From an uncultured Candidatus Binatia bacterium (lineage in GTDB: Bacteria; Desulfobacterota; Binatia; Bin18): a DNA stretch of 64,000 bases. The stretch covers positions 2,112,001 to 2,176,000 of the forward strand of contig OZ243961.1 of NCBI GenBank assembly GCA_965214605.1, in the 5' to 3' direction. Below the pieces are notes generated by a model. The model saw only the letters and a program-made list of their open reading frames with translations. It had not been told where the DNA came from and did no database searches. Below are positions 29,963 through 38,620 of the stretch, piece after piece. How positions within the stretch are numbered: position 1 is the first letter of the stretch; every line of letters begins with the position of its first letter. The translations under genes were made by a program, and so were the position numbers.

Positions 29963-31600
29963 ATGACCGACGTACTGCGGCAGACTGAGACGATTGTAGA
30001 CGCCCTGCAAAAAGTCCGCGACGAAGCCCTCCGCCACGGCCGTAGCCTGACCAACAACGGGAAAGCCATTGACGAGCACCAAGTCCATGCCGAACGGCTA
30101 GCCTACCTAGCGACCGAGGTCGAAGCCGCCCACACCTTACTCGTCTACGCCAAGGCCGCAACCCAAAACGGCGATACTGTGATCGGCGACAAGGCGCTCG
30201 GTTTTGTGGCCGAGGTCGGCTACAAGCTCCTCGCCCAGACCGATATTCATCTGACTGACTTTGGTTTTTCCGAGGCATTTTTGGCCGATACGCTGGGCGG
30301 TGCTACGGTCAAGGCGGCCATTCGCTCAGGCGCAAAAGAGGACCGCTTTCGACTCATTGGGCGGTCCGAGTTGTCCGCTCAGGGCGTCAACAACTCATGG
30401 CTGGAGAGCGATATCGCGCTGATGACCCGTGATTCAGCGCGGCAGTTTGCTAAGACCGAAGTGGCCCCGCTTGCCGAAGCCGTGCATCGCAATGACGCGC
30501 TTATCCCGGAGCCCATTATCACCAGCATGGCCGAACTCGGCTATTTCGGCATGTCGGTCCCCGAAGAGTACGGCGGCGGTAACATGGGCAATCTGGCTAT
30601 GATTCTTGCCACCGAAGAGCTGTCGGCGGCCTCGCTGGGCGTAGCCGGCAGCTTGATTACACGACCGGAAATTCTGATCAAGGCCCTGCTACGGGGTGGC
30701 ACCCAAGCCCAAAAACAGAAGTGGCTCCCTCCGGTTGCGGCCGGACAGCTAATGGTCGCCATTTCGGTCACCGAACCCGATACCGGTTCGGACGTCGCGT
30801 CAGTGGCGTGCAGAGCTGAGCAGGCCACTGTCGGCGGTAAGGCCGGCTATGTCCTAAACGGCGCAAAGGCGTGGTGCACGTTTGCTGGGCGGGCCAATAT
30901 CATCGCTCTGTTAGCTCGGACCAATCCCGATATGAGTTCTGGGGCGCAGGGCCTGTCACTGTTTATTGTCGAGAAGGACGCTTTTGATGGGCATTCGTTT
31001 CAGATGACACAGGCCACGGGTGGAGTGATGCAGGGCGACGCGATCCCGACCCTGGGCTACCGAGGCATGCACTCGTATGTGTTGAACTGTGATCAGTACT
31101 TTGTGCCGGCTGAAAATCTGGTGGGTGAAGAAGCCGGGCTCAACAGAGGCTTCTATCTACAAATGGCAGGATTTGCCGCCGGACGCTTACAGACCGGCGG
31201 GCGGGCTACCGGTCTAGCCCAGGCCGCCTTAGAAGTTAGCGCTGGCTATGCTCGCGAGCGCAGGCAATTCGGGACCATGCTAGGCGCCTTTCAGCTCACC
31301 CAGTACAAGTTGGGCCGTATGGCTAGCCACCTGGCCGCCGCTCGGCACCTGACCTATGCGGCAGCACCGGCCATGGATAAAGACGAGTCGGCCAGCCTGA
31401 CCGCAGCCATGGCAAAGCTGCTGGCCTGTGATGCGGCCGTGTGGATCAGCCAAGAGGGCCAGCTGATACACGGCGGCTGGGGGTACGGTGAGGAGTACGC
31501 CATCTCGCGCTACGTGGTCGACGCTCTAGTCCTACCGATCTTCGAAGGCGTCAAGCCGGTGCTGGAGCTCAAGGTTATTGCTAGAACTCTGTTGGCGTAG
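29963..31600 (+). CDS. mcd: Acyl-CoA dehydrogenase, probable (2S)-methylsuccinyl-CoA dehydrogenase
   Basis: 545 aa with N-terminal extension, TEELS.ASLGVAGSLITRPEI, TEPDTGSD, LGYRGMH, RLQTGGRA, IHGGWGYGEEY; divergent from the ecm operon. Confidence 0.8.
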   Translation: MTDVLRQTETIVDALQKVRDEALRHGRSLTNNGKAIDEHQVHAERLAYLATEVEAAHTLLVYAKAATQNGDTVIGDKALGFVAEVGYKLLAQTDIHLTDFGFSEAFLADTLGGATVKAAIRSGAKEDRFRLIGRSELSAQGVNNSWLESDIALMTRDSARQFAKTEVAPLAEAVHRNDALIPEPIITSMAELGYFGMSVPEEYGGGNMGNLAMILATEELSAASLGVAGSLITRPEILIKALLRGGTQAQKQKWLPPVAAGQLMVAISVTEPDTGSDVASVACRAEQATVGGKAGYVLNGAKAWCTFAGRANIIALLARTNPDMSSGAQGLSLFIVEKDAFDGHSFQMTQATGGVMQGDAIPTLGYRGMHSYVLNCDQYFVPAENLVGEEAGLNRGFYLQMAGFAAGRLQTGGRATGLAQAALEVSAGYARERRQFGTMLGAFQLTQYKLGRMASHLAAARHLTYAAAPAMDKDESASLTAAMAKLLACDAAVWISQEGQLIHGGWGYGEEYAISRYVVDALVLPIFEGVKPVLELKVIARTLLA

Positions 31601-31670
31601 GGGGCCGCCCTTCTGAATGCTGTTCCTCACTGGTCAAATTTTTTGCCACTTCCCCCTTGGAGCCCCCTAC
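31597..31670. repeat. GTAG-type REP-like inverted repeat between convergent genes
   Basis: GTAGGGGGC (31597-31605) and GCCCCCTAC (31662-31670) form a perfect 9-bp inverted repeat. Confidence 0.5.
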
Positions 31671-31686
31671 ATTCCACCGACTCCCC

Positions 31687-32838
31687 TTAAATCAAGCTCT
31701 GATACCGCTCCATAAACCGCTGATCAATCCAATCTTTTAGCTTCCATGCCCAGCGACTGTAGGAAACGAGCCTCTTATAGCGCAGCAGCGCCCTGCCATC
31801 CGCCGTATTCAGAATCGATAAAAAACCGGACTGCGGCCTATAACGCGGGAGCGGGCTGCCGTTCAGGCTTGCAATCAGGCTCTCCCACAGCACCGGCCCC
31901 TGACGGACCGCGTATACTCCGGCTTTGGCAGTGCGGCTATAGTCAGCCAAGGTAGCACAATCGCCAACGCCGAACACACGCCTGTCGTCAAGCGCGTGCA
32001 GGCTGTCGGTGACTAACAGAAAGCCTCGGGCATCTAGCGATAAACCGCAGTCGCGGAACACCGGCGCTGCCACAGCTCCGCTCAACCAAACGGTCAACCG
32101 GGCAGGCATCACCCCGCCGTCGTCCAACTCAACCCCATCAGAGTGGACCCGACACACGGACCGACCAACATGAACCGCAATCTTTTTGTGATGAAGAATC
32201 CGCTCGGCTCGACGGCGAAAGGCGGCGGAGTACCCGTTCAGAACAGCGGACGAGGACTCAAACAACGATACCCGGCAGGAACGCCCGGCTCGCGCCAGCA
32301 CGGCTTCAAGTGCGCACGCTATCTCACAACCGGCCGCTCCGCCGCCAACTACTGCAATATGACAAACGCTGTCGTTTTTTTCTCGGGCTAGAGCCTCGAC
32401 GCGCCAACGTAGATGGACAGCTTGAGAGAAGGGTTTGAGCAGGACCGCGTGAGATTTGACCGCTTCGACCTCAGCCCCCACAACTTGGGAGCCAAGGTTG
32501 AACGATACCAGATCGTATCTGATGGAATCCCTCTCAGCCAGCCGAACCGTCCGCCGGTTCGGGTCGAGTCCAATCACGCGGGCCTTTATGAAGCACCCGT
32601 TCGCCCGCCGGGTCAGGGCGGCAACATCAATCCTGATCGCCTCTTGCGGGTATATCCCAGCCACATAGCCGGGGATCATGCCCGAATAATGCTGGTAGTC
32701 ATCTAAGGAAGCAACGGTCAGCTTGACATTCGGCAGAGGGGTGAGGATGTACCGCCGCAGCACTTCGAGATGGGCGTGGCCGGCTCCGACGAGGACGAGG
32801 TGGGTGGGGTCGGACTGTCGTAGGTAATCAGATTGAAT
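31687..32838 (-). CDS. FAD/NAD(P)-binding pyridine nucleotide-disulfide oxidoreductase (similar to the N-terminal domain of SelD fusions)
   Basis: HLVLVGAGHAHLEV (upstream of the tracked GTG at 32763), YSGMIPG, VVGGGAAGCE, GVGDCA, KAGVYAVRQGP, WKLKDWID.RFM; start inferred at ATT 32838. Confidence 0.85.
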   Translation of the reverse strand: MQSDYLRQSDPTHLVLVGAGHAHLEVLRRYILTPLPNVKLTVASLDDYQHYSGMIPGYVAGIYPQEAIRIDVAALTRRANGCFIKARVIGLDPNRRTVRLAERDSIRYDLVSFNLGSQVVGAEVEAVKSHAVLLKPFSQAVHLRWRVEALAREKNDSVCHIAVVGGGAAGCEIACALEAVLARAGRSCRVSLFESSSAVLNGYSAAFRRRAERILHHKKIAVHVGRSVCRVHSDGVELDDGGVMPARLTVWLSGAVAAPVFRDCGLSLDARGFLLVTDSLHALDDRRVFGVGDCATLADYSRTAKAGVYAVRQGPVLWESLIASLNGSPLPRYRPQSGFLSILNTADGRALLRYKRLVSYSRWAWKLKDWIDQRFMERYQSLI

Positions 32839-32934
32839 GACTCCCTCCTTCGCGCACCACTAAGGAATTTGAGCCTCTCCTTGCGCCTCAGCATGGGACA
32901 CTCGCCGAGCCATTTCTCGTGTCGTCGTGGTGAG

Positions 32935-34029
32935 TCAGCTCTTCGTCAACTCCAGACCCTCGAACCACGGCAACACCAACTCTTCATTGATACTCGACGT
33001 ATAGGCGTGCCCCCAGTCGGCCAGTTCTTTGTAGGTCGCGTTGTAGCCAATGTGGCTGAGCAGCTCAGAGCCCTGCCGAATCGTAGCCACCGGGAAAATA
33101 AAATCGTGCGCGCCATGCACGATGTAAATCGGCAGGTCCTTGCCCTGCTTACGGCGCAGCATAGGATCCATCATCGCGTGGAAATCGCCCGCAATCGGGG
33201 CAATGCCAGTAAACATGTCCGGGCGGCTCAGGCCGAACATGTAGGTGAAGGTTCCACCGTCAGACAGACCGGACAGGTAGACCCGACTCTTATCGACCGC
33301 ATAGGTCGCACACACTTCTTCGAACATCTTGGTGATCGACTCAACATCGAGCGGCGGTTGGAGGACCGACCAGGTGACATCTATGGACTTGGGGGACAGC
33401 AGCAAATAGCCTTTACTCTTGGCTGGCCGCAGCCAGGCCCAAATATAGTCCTCGCCGCGCCCATAGCCGCCGTGCAGACAGATGATCAAGGGCCACTCTT
33501 TGTGCGGGCTATAATTCTCAGGCACGTATAGGGAATAGGCTGCATGGGCGTCAGTGCGCTTGGTATGCATCAGGCCAACCGGCACCTTGGCGTCGGGCGC
33601 CGGTGTTTCAAGGGCGTCTCGCTTTGGCAACGCTTCCGGCAGCAACCAGTACTCTTGGAGGGTCGGAGTGGAGAGCCGGACCTCGTATAGGAGATTCATC
33701 GCCTTGCACAAGGCCCAGCGACTGTGCAGGAAAGATATTGAGAAATCTTTGCCAGCAGGCTTTAAAAATGCCTCCGCTGCGTTGCCACATTGAACCAAGG
33801 CAGCCTTAAAGGTCGTGTGAAACTCGGTCAGTGAGTCCGGGGGCGAAAGCGTGGTCACCTCTTCGACCAGGGTCGAGAACATGTCACCAGTGACGTCTTG
33901 GAGCTGGGCCTGGGAGTCACCGACTTTGCTGAAGTGGATATGCTCTTGAATCGACTCAAAAGTCCGTAGAAAAAGGAGCAGCTTCTTCTCAGCCGTGTGG
34001 ATACCCTGAAAGTAGTGTTCGTCTGTCAT
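32935..34029 (-). CDS. Phospholipase/carboxylesterase-like alpha/beta hydrolase with N-terminal helical extension
   Basis: SLYVPENY, PLIICLHGG, GLSDGG, HGAHD.IFP, WGHAY. Confidence 0.85.
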   Translation of the reverse strand: MTDEHYFQGIHTAEKKLLLFLRTFESIQEHIHFSKVGDSQAQLQDVTGDMFSTLVEEVTTLSPPDSLTEFHTTFKAALVQCGNAAEAFLKPAGKDFSISFLHSRWALCKAMNLLYEVRLSTPTLQEYWLLPEALPKRDALETPAPDAKVPVGLMHTKRTDAHAAYSLYVPENYSPHKEWPLIICLHGGYGRGEDYIWAWLRPAKSKGYLLLSPKSIDVTWSVLQPPLDVESITKMFEEVCATYAVDKSRVYLSGLSDGGTFTYMFGLSRPDMFTGIAPIAGDFHAMMDPMLRRKQGKDLPIYIVHGAHDFIFPVATIRQGSELLSHIGYNATYKELADWGHAYTSSINEELVLPWFEGLELTKS

Positions 34030-34663
34030 CTCGCTCTCCCTTATTACAGTTTGCAGACGGACCCTAGCAACTGGACAGGTCCGACCGCAAGAGTCCGCGC
34101 AGCCAATAGTGCGACCGCTTAGCGGCCGACTTCGTCACCCTCATCTTCCATCGCAGCCTGGACAGCACGGGCACGGTCGTAGAGACGCTCAATCGCGCTG
34201 TGAGGCGGCAGGGCGCTCAGATCTTGAGCCCCACAGATTATCGTTGGCTTCATTCCGATCGCTCATCCGTAGCCCACCCACCATCCGAGAGGTGAGAATG
34301 ACCTCGTAGCGGTTAATCGGCCGCTCACTGACCCCTAGATCTCAAGGGGGTCGTCATCCCCACGCGTTTCCCCTTCAGATAGCGCTGACCCGCCGCCCAC
34401 AATAGGGAGGAAGGATAAACCCCTATAAGGCGAAGTACTGAGCTGGGGGACAGATGGGCTCCCAGCTAGGGGGGGATAGCGAAGACGGCAGGGAGCAGGG
34501 ACCGGAAAAAATCGGAGCCGGTCAGGATTATCGGTTGGGTGTCTGGAACAGTGCCACTCTCGTCAAACATGTGAGGACACCCACGGTGCCATTGTAGACT
34601 CCTGCCCCCAGCATGAAACAGGTTCTCGTTTCTCGTCTCCCGGAACGGTGGCTGACGCCAGGC

Positions 34664-35512
34664 TCAGCCAGCTTCCCCGGCTTTCTCTGTCTCAATCACT
34701 CTGACCTCCACCGCGTGCTGTCCATGGCGCCCCTGGGCAATCTCAAAGGCGACCCAGGCTCCCGGTCTCAGGCTACGATCGCCCTGACCCGGAATACCAC
34801 TAAAGTGGACAAAGATCTCCTCGCCTTGCTCCGAGTGTATCATTCCCCGCCCACCGGCGAACCACACCACCCGACCCCGTCCCCGTCCAACTCTCTGCCA
34901 CGGTTTGACCGCAGCTTGTCCGTCCCAATACACGGCCGGAACGCGCACTGCTTTCACCCCGGGTGTATCCCAGGCGGCGTGTGAATAATCGGTCAGCTGT
35001 GCCTTGAGAGCCCGTATATCACGACGCAGCTCTTCCACGCTCGGCCGCCCGACCAGCCACCAGCCGTTATACACGCTGTGGATGGTCAGCTCCGGAGCCA
35101 AACATAGGGTATGCGGAATGGCCACATTAGGGTATTCCCCGTCGGTGTTATCGACGATGTCCAGCTGCTGAATCGCCCGCCGCTCGTGATCGCTCAGAAA
35201 AGGAAAGCGGGCACCCAAACCTGCCCGATAGGCGGCGGTGACAGCTGGCGTATCGGTGCTGATCGCCACCACGCGAGTTTTATTAAGTTCGACCTCGGGA
35301 TAAAAAGAGACCAGCTGGCTGAGCTGGAGACGATCTCTGGGACAGAAAAATCCGCGATACACCACAACGATCAGCGGTTGGCCGTGATCAAAGCCGAGGT
35401 GCCGGTCGAATTCGTCCGGGGCAGTCAGCTGCGATAGGCTGACGCGTCGACCGGTGTGGTCGGGTAGGGACAGATCGGGAAACTGAGCACCGACGTAAAG
35501 CGATGTAGACAT
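34664..35512 (-). CDS. AhpC/TSA redoxin domain fused to a C-terminal cold-shock domain
   Basis: GAQFPDLSLPD, YRGFFCPRD, AISTD, FPFLSD, GRPSVEEL; C-terminal GRVVWF...EIFVHFSGI..GDRSL..G..V.FEI.QG..G.HAVEV. Confidence 0.82.
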   Translation of the reverse strand: MSTSLYVGAQFPDLSLPDHTGRRVSLSQLTAPDEFDRHLGFDHGQPLIVVVYRGFFCPRDRLQLSQLVSFYPEVELNKTRVVAISTDTPAVTAAYRAGLGARFPFLSDHERRAIQQLDIVDNTDGEYPNVAIPHTLCLAPELTIHSVYNGWWLVGRPSVEELRRDIRALKAQLTDYSHAAWDTPGVKAVRVPAVYWDGQAAVKPWQRVGRGRGRVVWFAGGRGMIHSEQGEEIFVHFSGIPGQGDRSLRPGAWVAFEIAQGRHGQHAVEVRVIETEKAGEAG

Positions 35513-35574
35513 GTGTGTCTCCGAGAATGTGGTTCATCTCAACCTTAGCAGGAAGGAAGAATGAACCATAATTA

Positions 35575-37707
35575 TTAGACCAACACCCGCGGAAACTCTT
35601 CCAACCAGCGTCGGCTAAAGACCAAAGCGTCATTGTATGCGGCCTCTAGCTCAATCATGACAAGAAATGTTCCCGCCGTGCAACTCAGCTTGATCGTGCT
35701 GTCGATCACAATCTTCCAAGCCGTCCGTTCCCACTCCAGGTGACGGCGCATCTGGGCCGTACAGCTCAGGGGATCGTCGTCTCGGACAGACAGATCTTTC
35801 GTATTTGTCTCGGTCATGCTCAGCCCCTGTCCAGTCAAGAAACTCGTGCCGGCGACCCGGGTGCTGAGTGTCGTCGTACCATCGACCAGATTGTGCCGAA
35901 CGGTGCATGAGCGTTCACCGTCTTCTGAGCGGACGGGGGCGGCCGGCACCTCGGGCGGAGCAAAGACCGGCGTCGGCAGAGCTGGAGACTGGGCCGGGAT
36001 GACAGGCAGAACAAGCTGAGAAGGGCGAACCGTGCCGTAGTACAGCCTCAGGATTACCGGACGCGGGGACGGCCAGACCAGCGGCCAGTCGGCTCCGGCT
36101 ATACTCAGCCGGAGCCGACGGCCCGGGGCAAAAACGTGGCAGATGCTGCTCAGCTCAAGACGGACCGGGTAGATCCGACCGGGCACTAGTGGGGTCGGCT
36201 GAGCGCGACTGTCCCGATGGGCCAGATTGAGCACGCCGCGGGTCACGAGCAGGGAAGAGCCGTCCGGACCGACATCGCACAGTTTGACCGCGAGCTGAGC
36301 GATCGGTTCTGAGGCTGCAACATACAGCTCTAGCTGGGGAAACCCCAAAATCTCCAGCGGCTCGGAAAGGGGTGGGGTAGTGAACGTCAACGAGCACGCG
36401 TCATCACAGCGTTGGTCACGTGGTAGACCGCTGGGCCGCAGTCCGGTACACCAAAACGGGGCGGCCAGACCGGGGATTGGGGGGCCTTGCCAGGAAAGAT
36501 GCTGCTGATCTCTTTCAAAGAGATCCTCGCTCTCTTCCTGTGATGGGAATTGGTCATCGATGGTATCTTTGCCCGCCTGGCGATCGGCCATCAACGACCC
36601 CTTTTGGTCCGGGGGCGTGTCCACCAGCGGTTCTGAAGCAAACGTTCCGGCTGGCCCTAAATACCAGGTCTGATAGTCGGTCCGAGCCACCGGCCATTCG
36701 ATTTCAGATCGCCAGTGACCGGGCGTGGTCTCGCGATACGGAGCGGGTGAGCGCGAGCCCTGGACCCACACAGTCAGCTTGGGCTCGTCCATGACACCGT
36801 TCTGAATCCCCTTAAGCCAGTAGTCCCACCAGCGCAGTATCTCTCGGAGATGATCAATCTGGGGACCGGGCCGCGCGACGTGCGGCATGTCGTGCAGCCA
36901 CGGACCGATGAGGCCCTTGCACGGAACGCGCAGGTGCTGCAACAGCTGGAGCACAAAATCCCGATAGCTATCGGCCCAGCCGCCAATGGCGAACACTGGG
37001 CACTGAATCGCTTCCCAGTCCTCACACAACGAGCCGTTTTGCCAGTAAGCATCGTAGGTTTGGTGGCGGAGCCATTCAAACGGCCATTGTGGGGTGTGCT
37101 CAAGCCGCTCCCGCCAGCGTGCGCACCACTCTTCACCCACGATTTCCGGCAGCGGCGGCAGAGCGTTTAAGGCCACCATACGGCCCGCCCAGGCGACCGA
37201 TTCGTTGACCGGTAGACAGCCTCCGTGGTAGTGTACGTCTTGTCCGTAGCGATCGACTAGGGCGTGGAGGGCAACAATCGCCTTGAGTTGGGGCGGATCG
37301 TGCATAGCGGTCTGAATAGCGCTAATCCCCCCGTAGGATGAACCGTACATACCGAGCTGGCCGCTACACCAGGGCTGATCGGCCAGCCAAGCCAGCACTT
37401 GCAGACAGTCGAGCTGTTCCTGGCGGGTGTACTCATTCTCGGCAACGCCCTCCGAGGCTCCACTCCCCCTGATATCAAGCCGGACCCCTACATAGCCTTT
37501 GCGGGCCAAATAGCTGTGGGTCCGCCAATCACGCGCGATTTTGTTGTCATCTTTGCGATATGGGTGAGCTTCAACAACGGCCGGAAACGGGCCGTCGTTT
37601 GGAGCGTCCGGCATGTACAGAGTGATGCCAAGCTTGACCCCGTCCGGCATGGGGACGGCGAGCTGGGGGATGACGCGTATCGGATAGTCGTCCGTAGAGT
37701 TTTTCAT
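35575..37707 (-). CDS. CocE/NonD family hydrolase (peptidase S15)
   Basis: MPDGVKL, PYRKDD, DIRGSGASEG, GSSYGG, GGWADSY, IGPWLH, RWWDYWLKG. Confidence 0.92.
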   Translation of the reverse strand: MKNSTDDYPIRVIPQLAVPMPDGVKLGITLYMPDAPNDGPFPAVVEAHPYRKDDNKIARDWRTHSYLARKGYVGVRLDIRGSGASEGVAENEYTRQEQLDCLQVLAWLADQPWCSGQLGMYGSSYGGISAIQTAMHDPPQLKAIVALHALVDRYGQDVHYHGGCLPVNESVAWAGRMVALNALPPLPEIVGEEWCARWRERLEHTPQWPFEWLRHQTYDAYWQNGSLCEDWEAIQCPVFAIGGWADSYRDFVLQLLQHLRVPCKGLIGPWLHDMPHVARPGPQIDHLREILRWWDYWLKGIQNGVMDEPKLTVWVQGSRSPAPYRETTPGHWRSEIEWPVARTDYQTWYLGPAGTFASEPLVDTPPDQKGSLMADRQAGKDTIDDQFPSQEESEDLFERDQQHLSWQGPPIPGLAAPFWCTGLRPSGLPRDQRCDDACSLTFTTPPLSEPLEILGFPQLELYVAASEPIAQLAVKLCDVGPDGSSLLVTRGVLNLAHRDSRAQPTPLVPGRIYPVRLELSSICHVFAPGRRLRLSIAGADWPLVWPSPRPVILRLYYGTVRPSQLVLPVIPAQSPALPTPVFAPPEVPAAPVRSEDGERSCTVRHNLVDGTTTLSTRVAGTSFLTGQGLSMTETNTKDLSVRDDDPLSCTAQMRRHLEWERTAWKIVIDSTIKLSCTAGTFLVMIELEAAYNDALVFSRRWLEEFPRVLV

Positions 37708-37816
37708 ACCACCGTCTCTCTTGCTGTCTGTTGCAAAAAAAAGCTATCGTTGACGAGAGGCTCCTCAGGTCCAAGTAGAGTAGGCAAGAGACGCCCAGCA
37801 AACAAGGAGTACCCCT

Positions 37817-38620
37817 ATGCCCCAGGCGCGTATCGACGCAAGCTTAACCCTGTACTATGAGCTTGACGATTATACAGCTCCATGGACCAGCCCAGAGACG
37901 ATTTTGCTCATCCACGGTGTAGCGGATACGAGCAAAGCCTGGTTTGCCTGGGTGCCACGTTTGGCCCGACAGTTTCGCCTGGTCCGGCCCGACCTCAGAG
38001 GCTTTGGCCAGTCCACCGTTCCGCCGGCCGATTATGCCTGGTCGCTCAGTGGCTTCGCCCAGGATCTTAAGGGCCTGCTTGACCACCTAGGCATGAGTCC
38101 CGTCCATGTTGTCGGCCAACGGATTGGCGGCAGCGTCGCCATGCAGTTTGCTCATGACTATCCCGCGTGTGTCAAAAGCCTGACCGTCATCGGTGCTCCG
38201 GCCACCTTAGCCACCACCTCCTTGAATCCCGACGCCTGGCTTGAACAGGTGGAAAAGGAAGGCGTGGAGAGCTGGGCGCGGACCACCATGGATCGGCGTT
38301 TGGGCGATGTCAGTCCGGCTATGCGGGAATGGTGGATTCAAGAGATGGGCAAAGCTCCAGCTCAGGTCATGACCGGCATCTTTGCCTATGTCGGCGGCAT
38401 GGACATCACCCATATTCTCCGCCATATCCAAGCTCCGACCTTGGTCATCACCAGCGATAGAGGGGTGCTGGCGGCTGTTGAGACGGTCCGGGAGTGGCAG
38501 ACCCAGATTCCAAACTCTCGCCTGCTAGTCTTGCCCAGCACCGCCTATCACCTCGCCGCGGCCCTGCCTGACGCCTGCGCCGATGCCGTCCTGTCTTTCA
38601 TCGGAGAGCTACACACGTGA
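37817..38620 (+). CDS. Alpha/beta-fold hydrolase-like protein
   Basis: DDYTAPW, LLIHGVA, DLRGFGQS; atypical elbow GQRIGG; C-terminal YH. Confidence 0.85.
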   Translation: MPQARIDASLTLYYELDDYTAPWTSPETILLIHGVADTSKAWFAWVPRLARQFRLVRPDLRGFGQSTVPPADYAWSLSGFAQDLKGLLDHLGMSPVHVVGQRIGGSVAMQFAHDYPACVKSLTVIGAPATLATTSLNPDAWLEQVEKEGVESWARTTMDRRLGDVSPAMREWWIQEMGKAPAQVMTGIFAYVGGMDITHILRHIQAPTLVITSDRGVLAAVETVREWQTQIPNSRLLVLPSTAYHLAAALPDACADAVLSFIGELHT

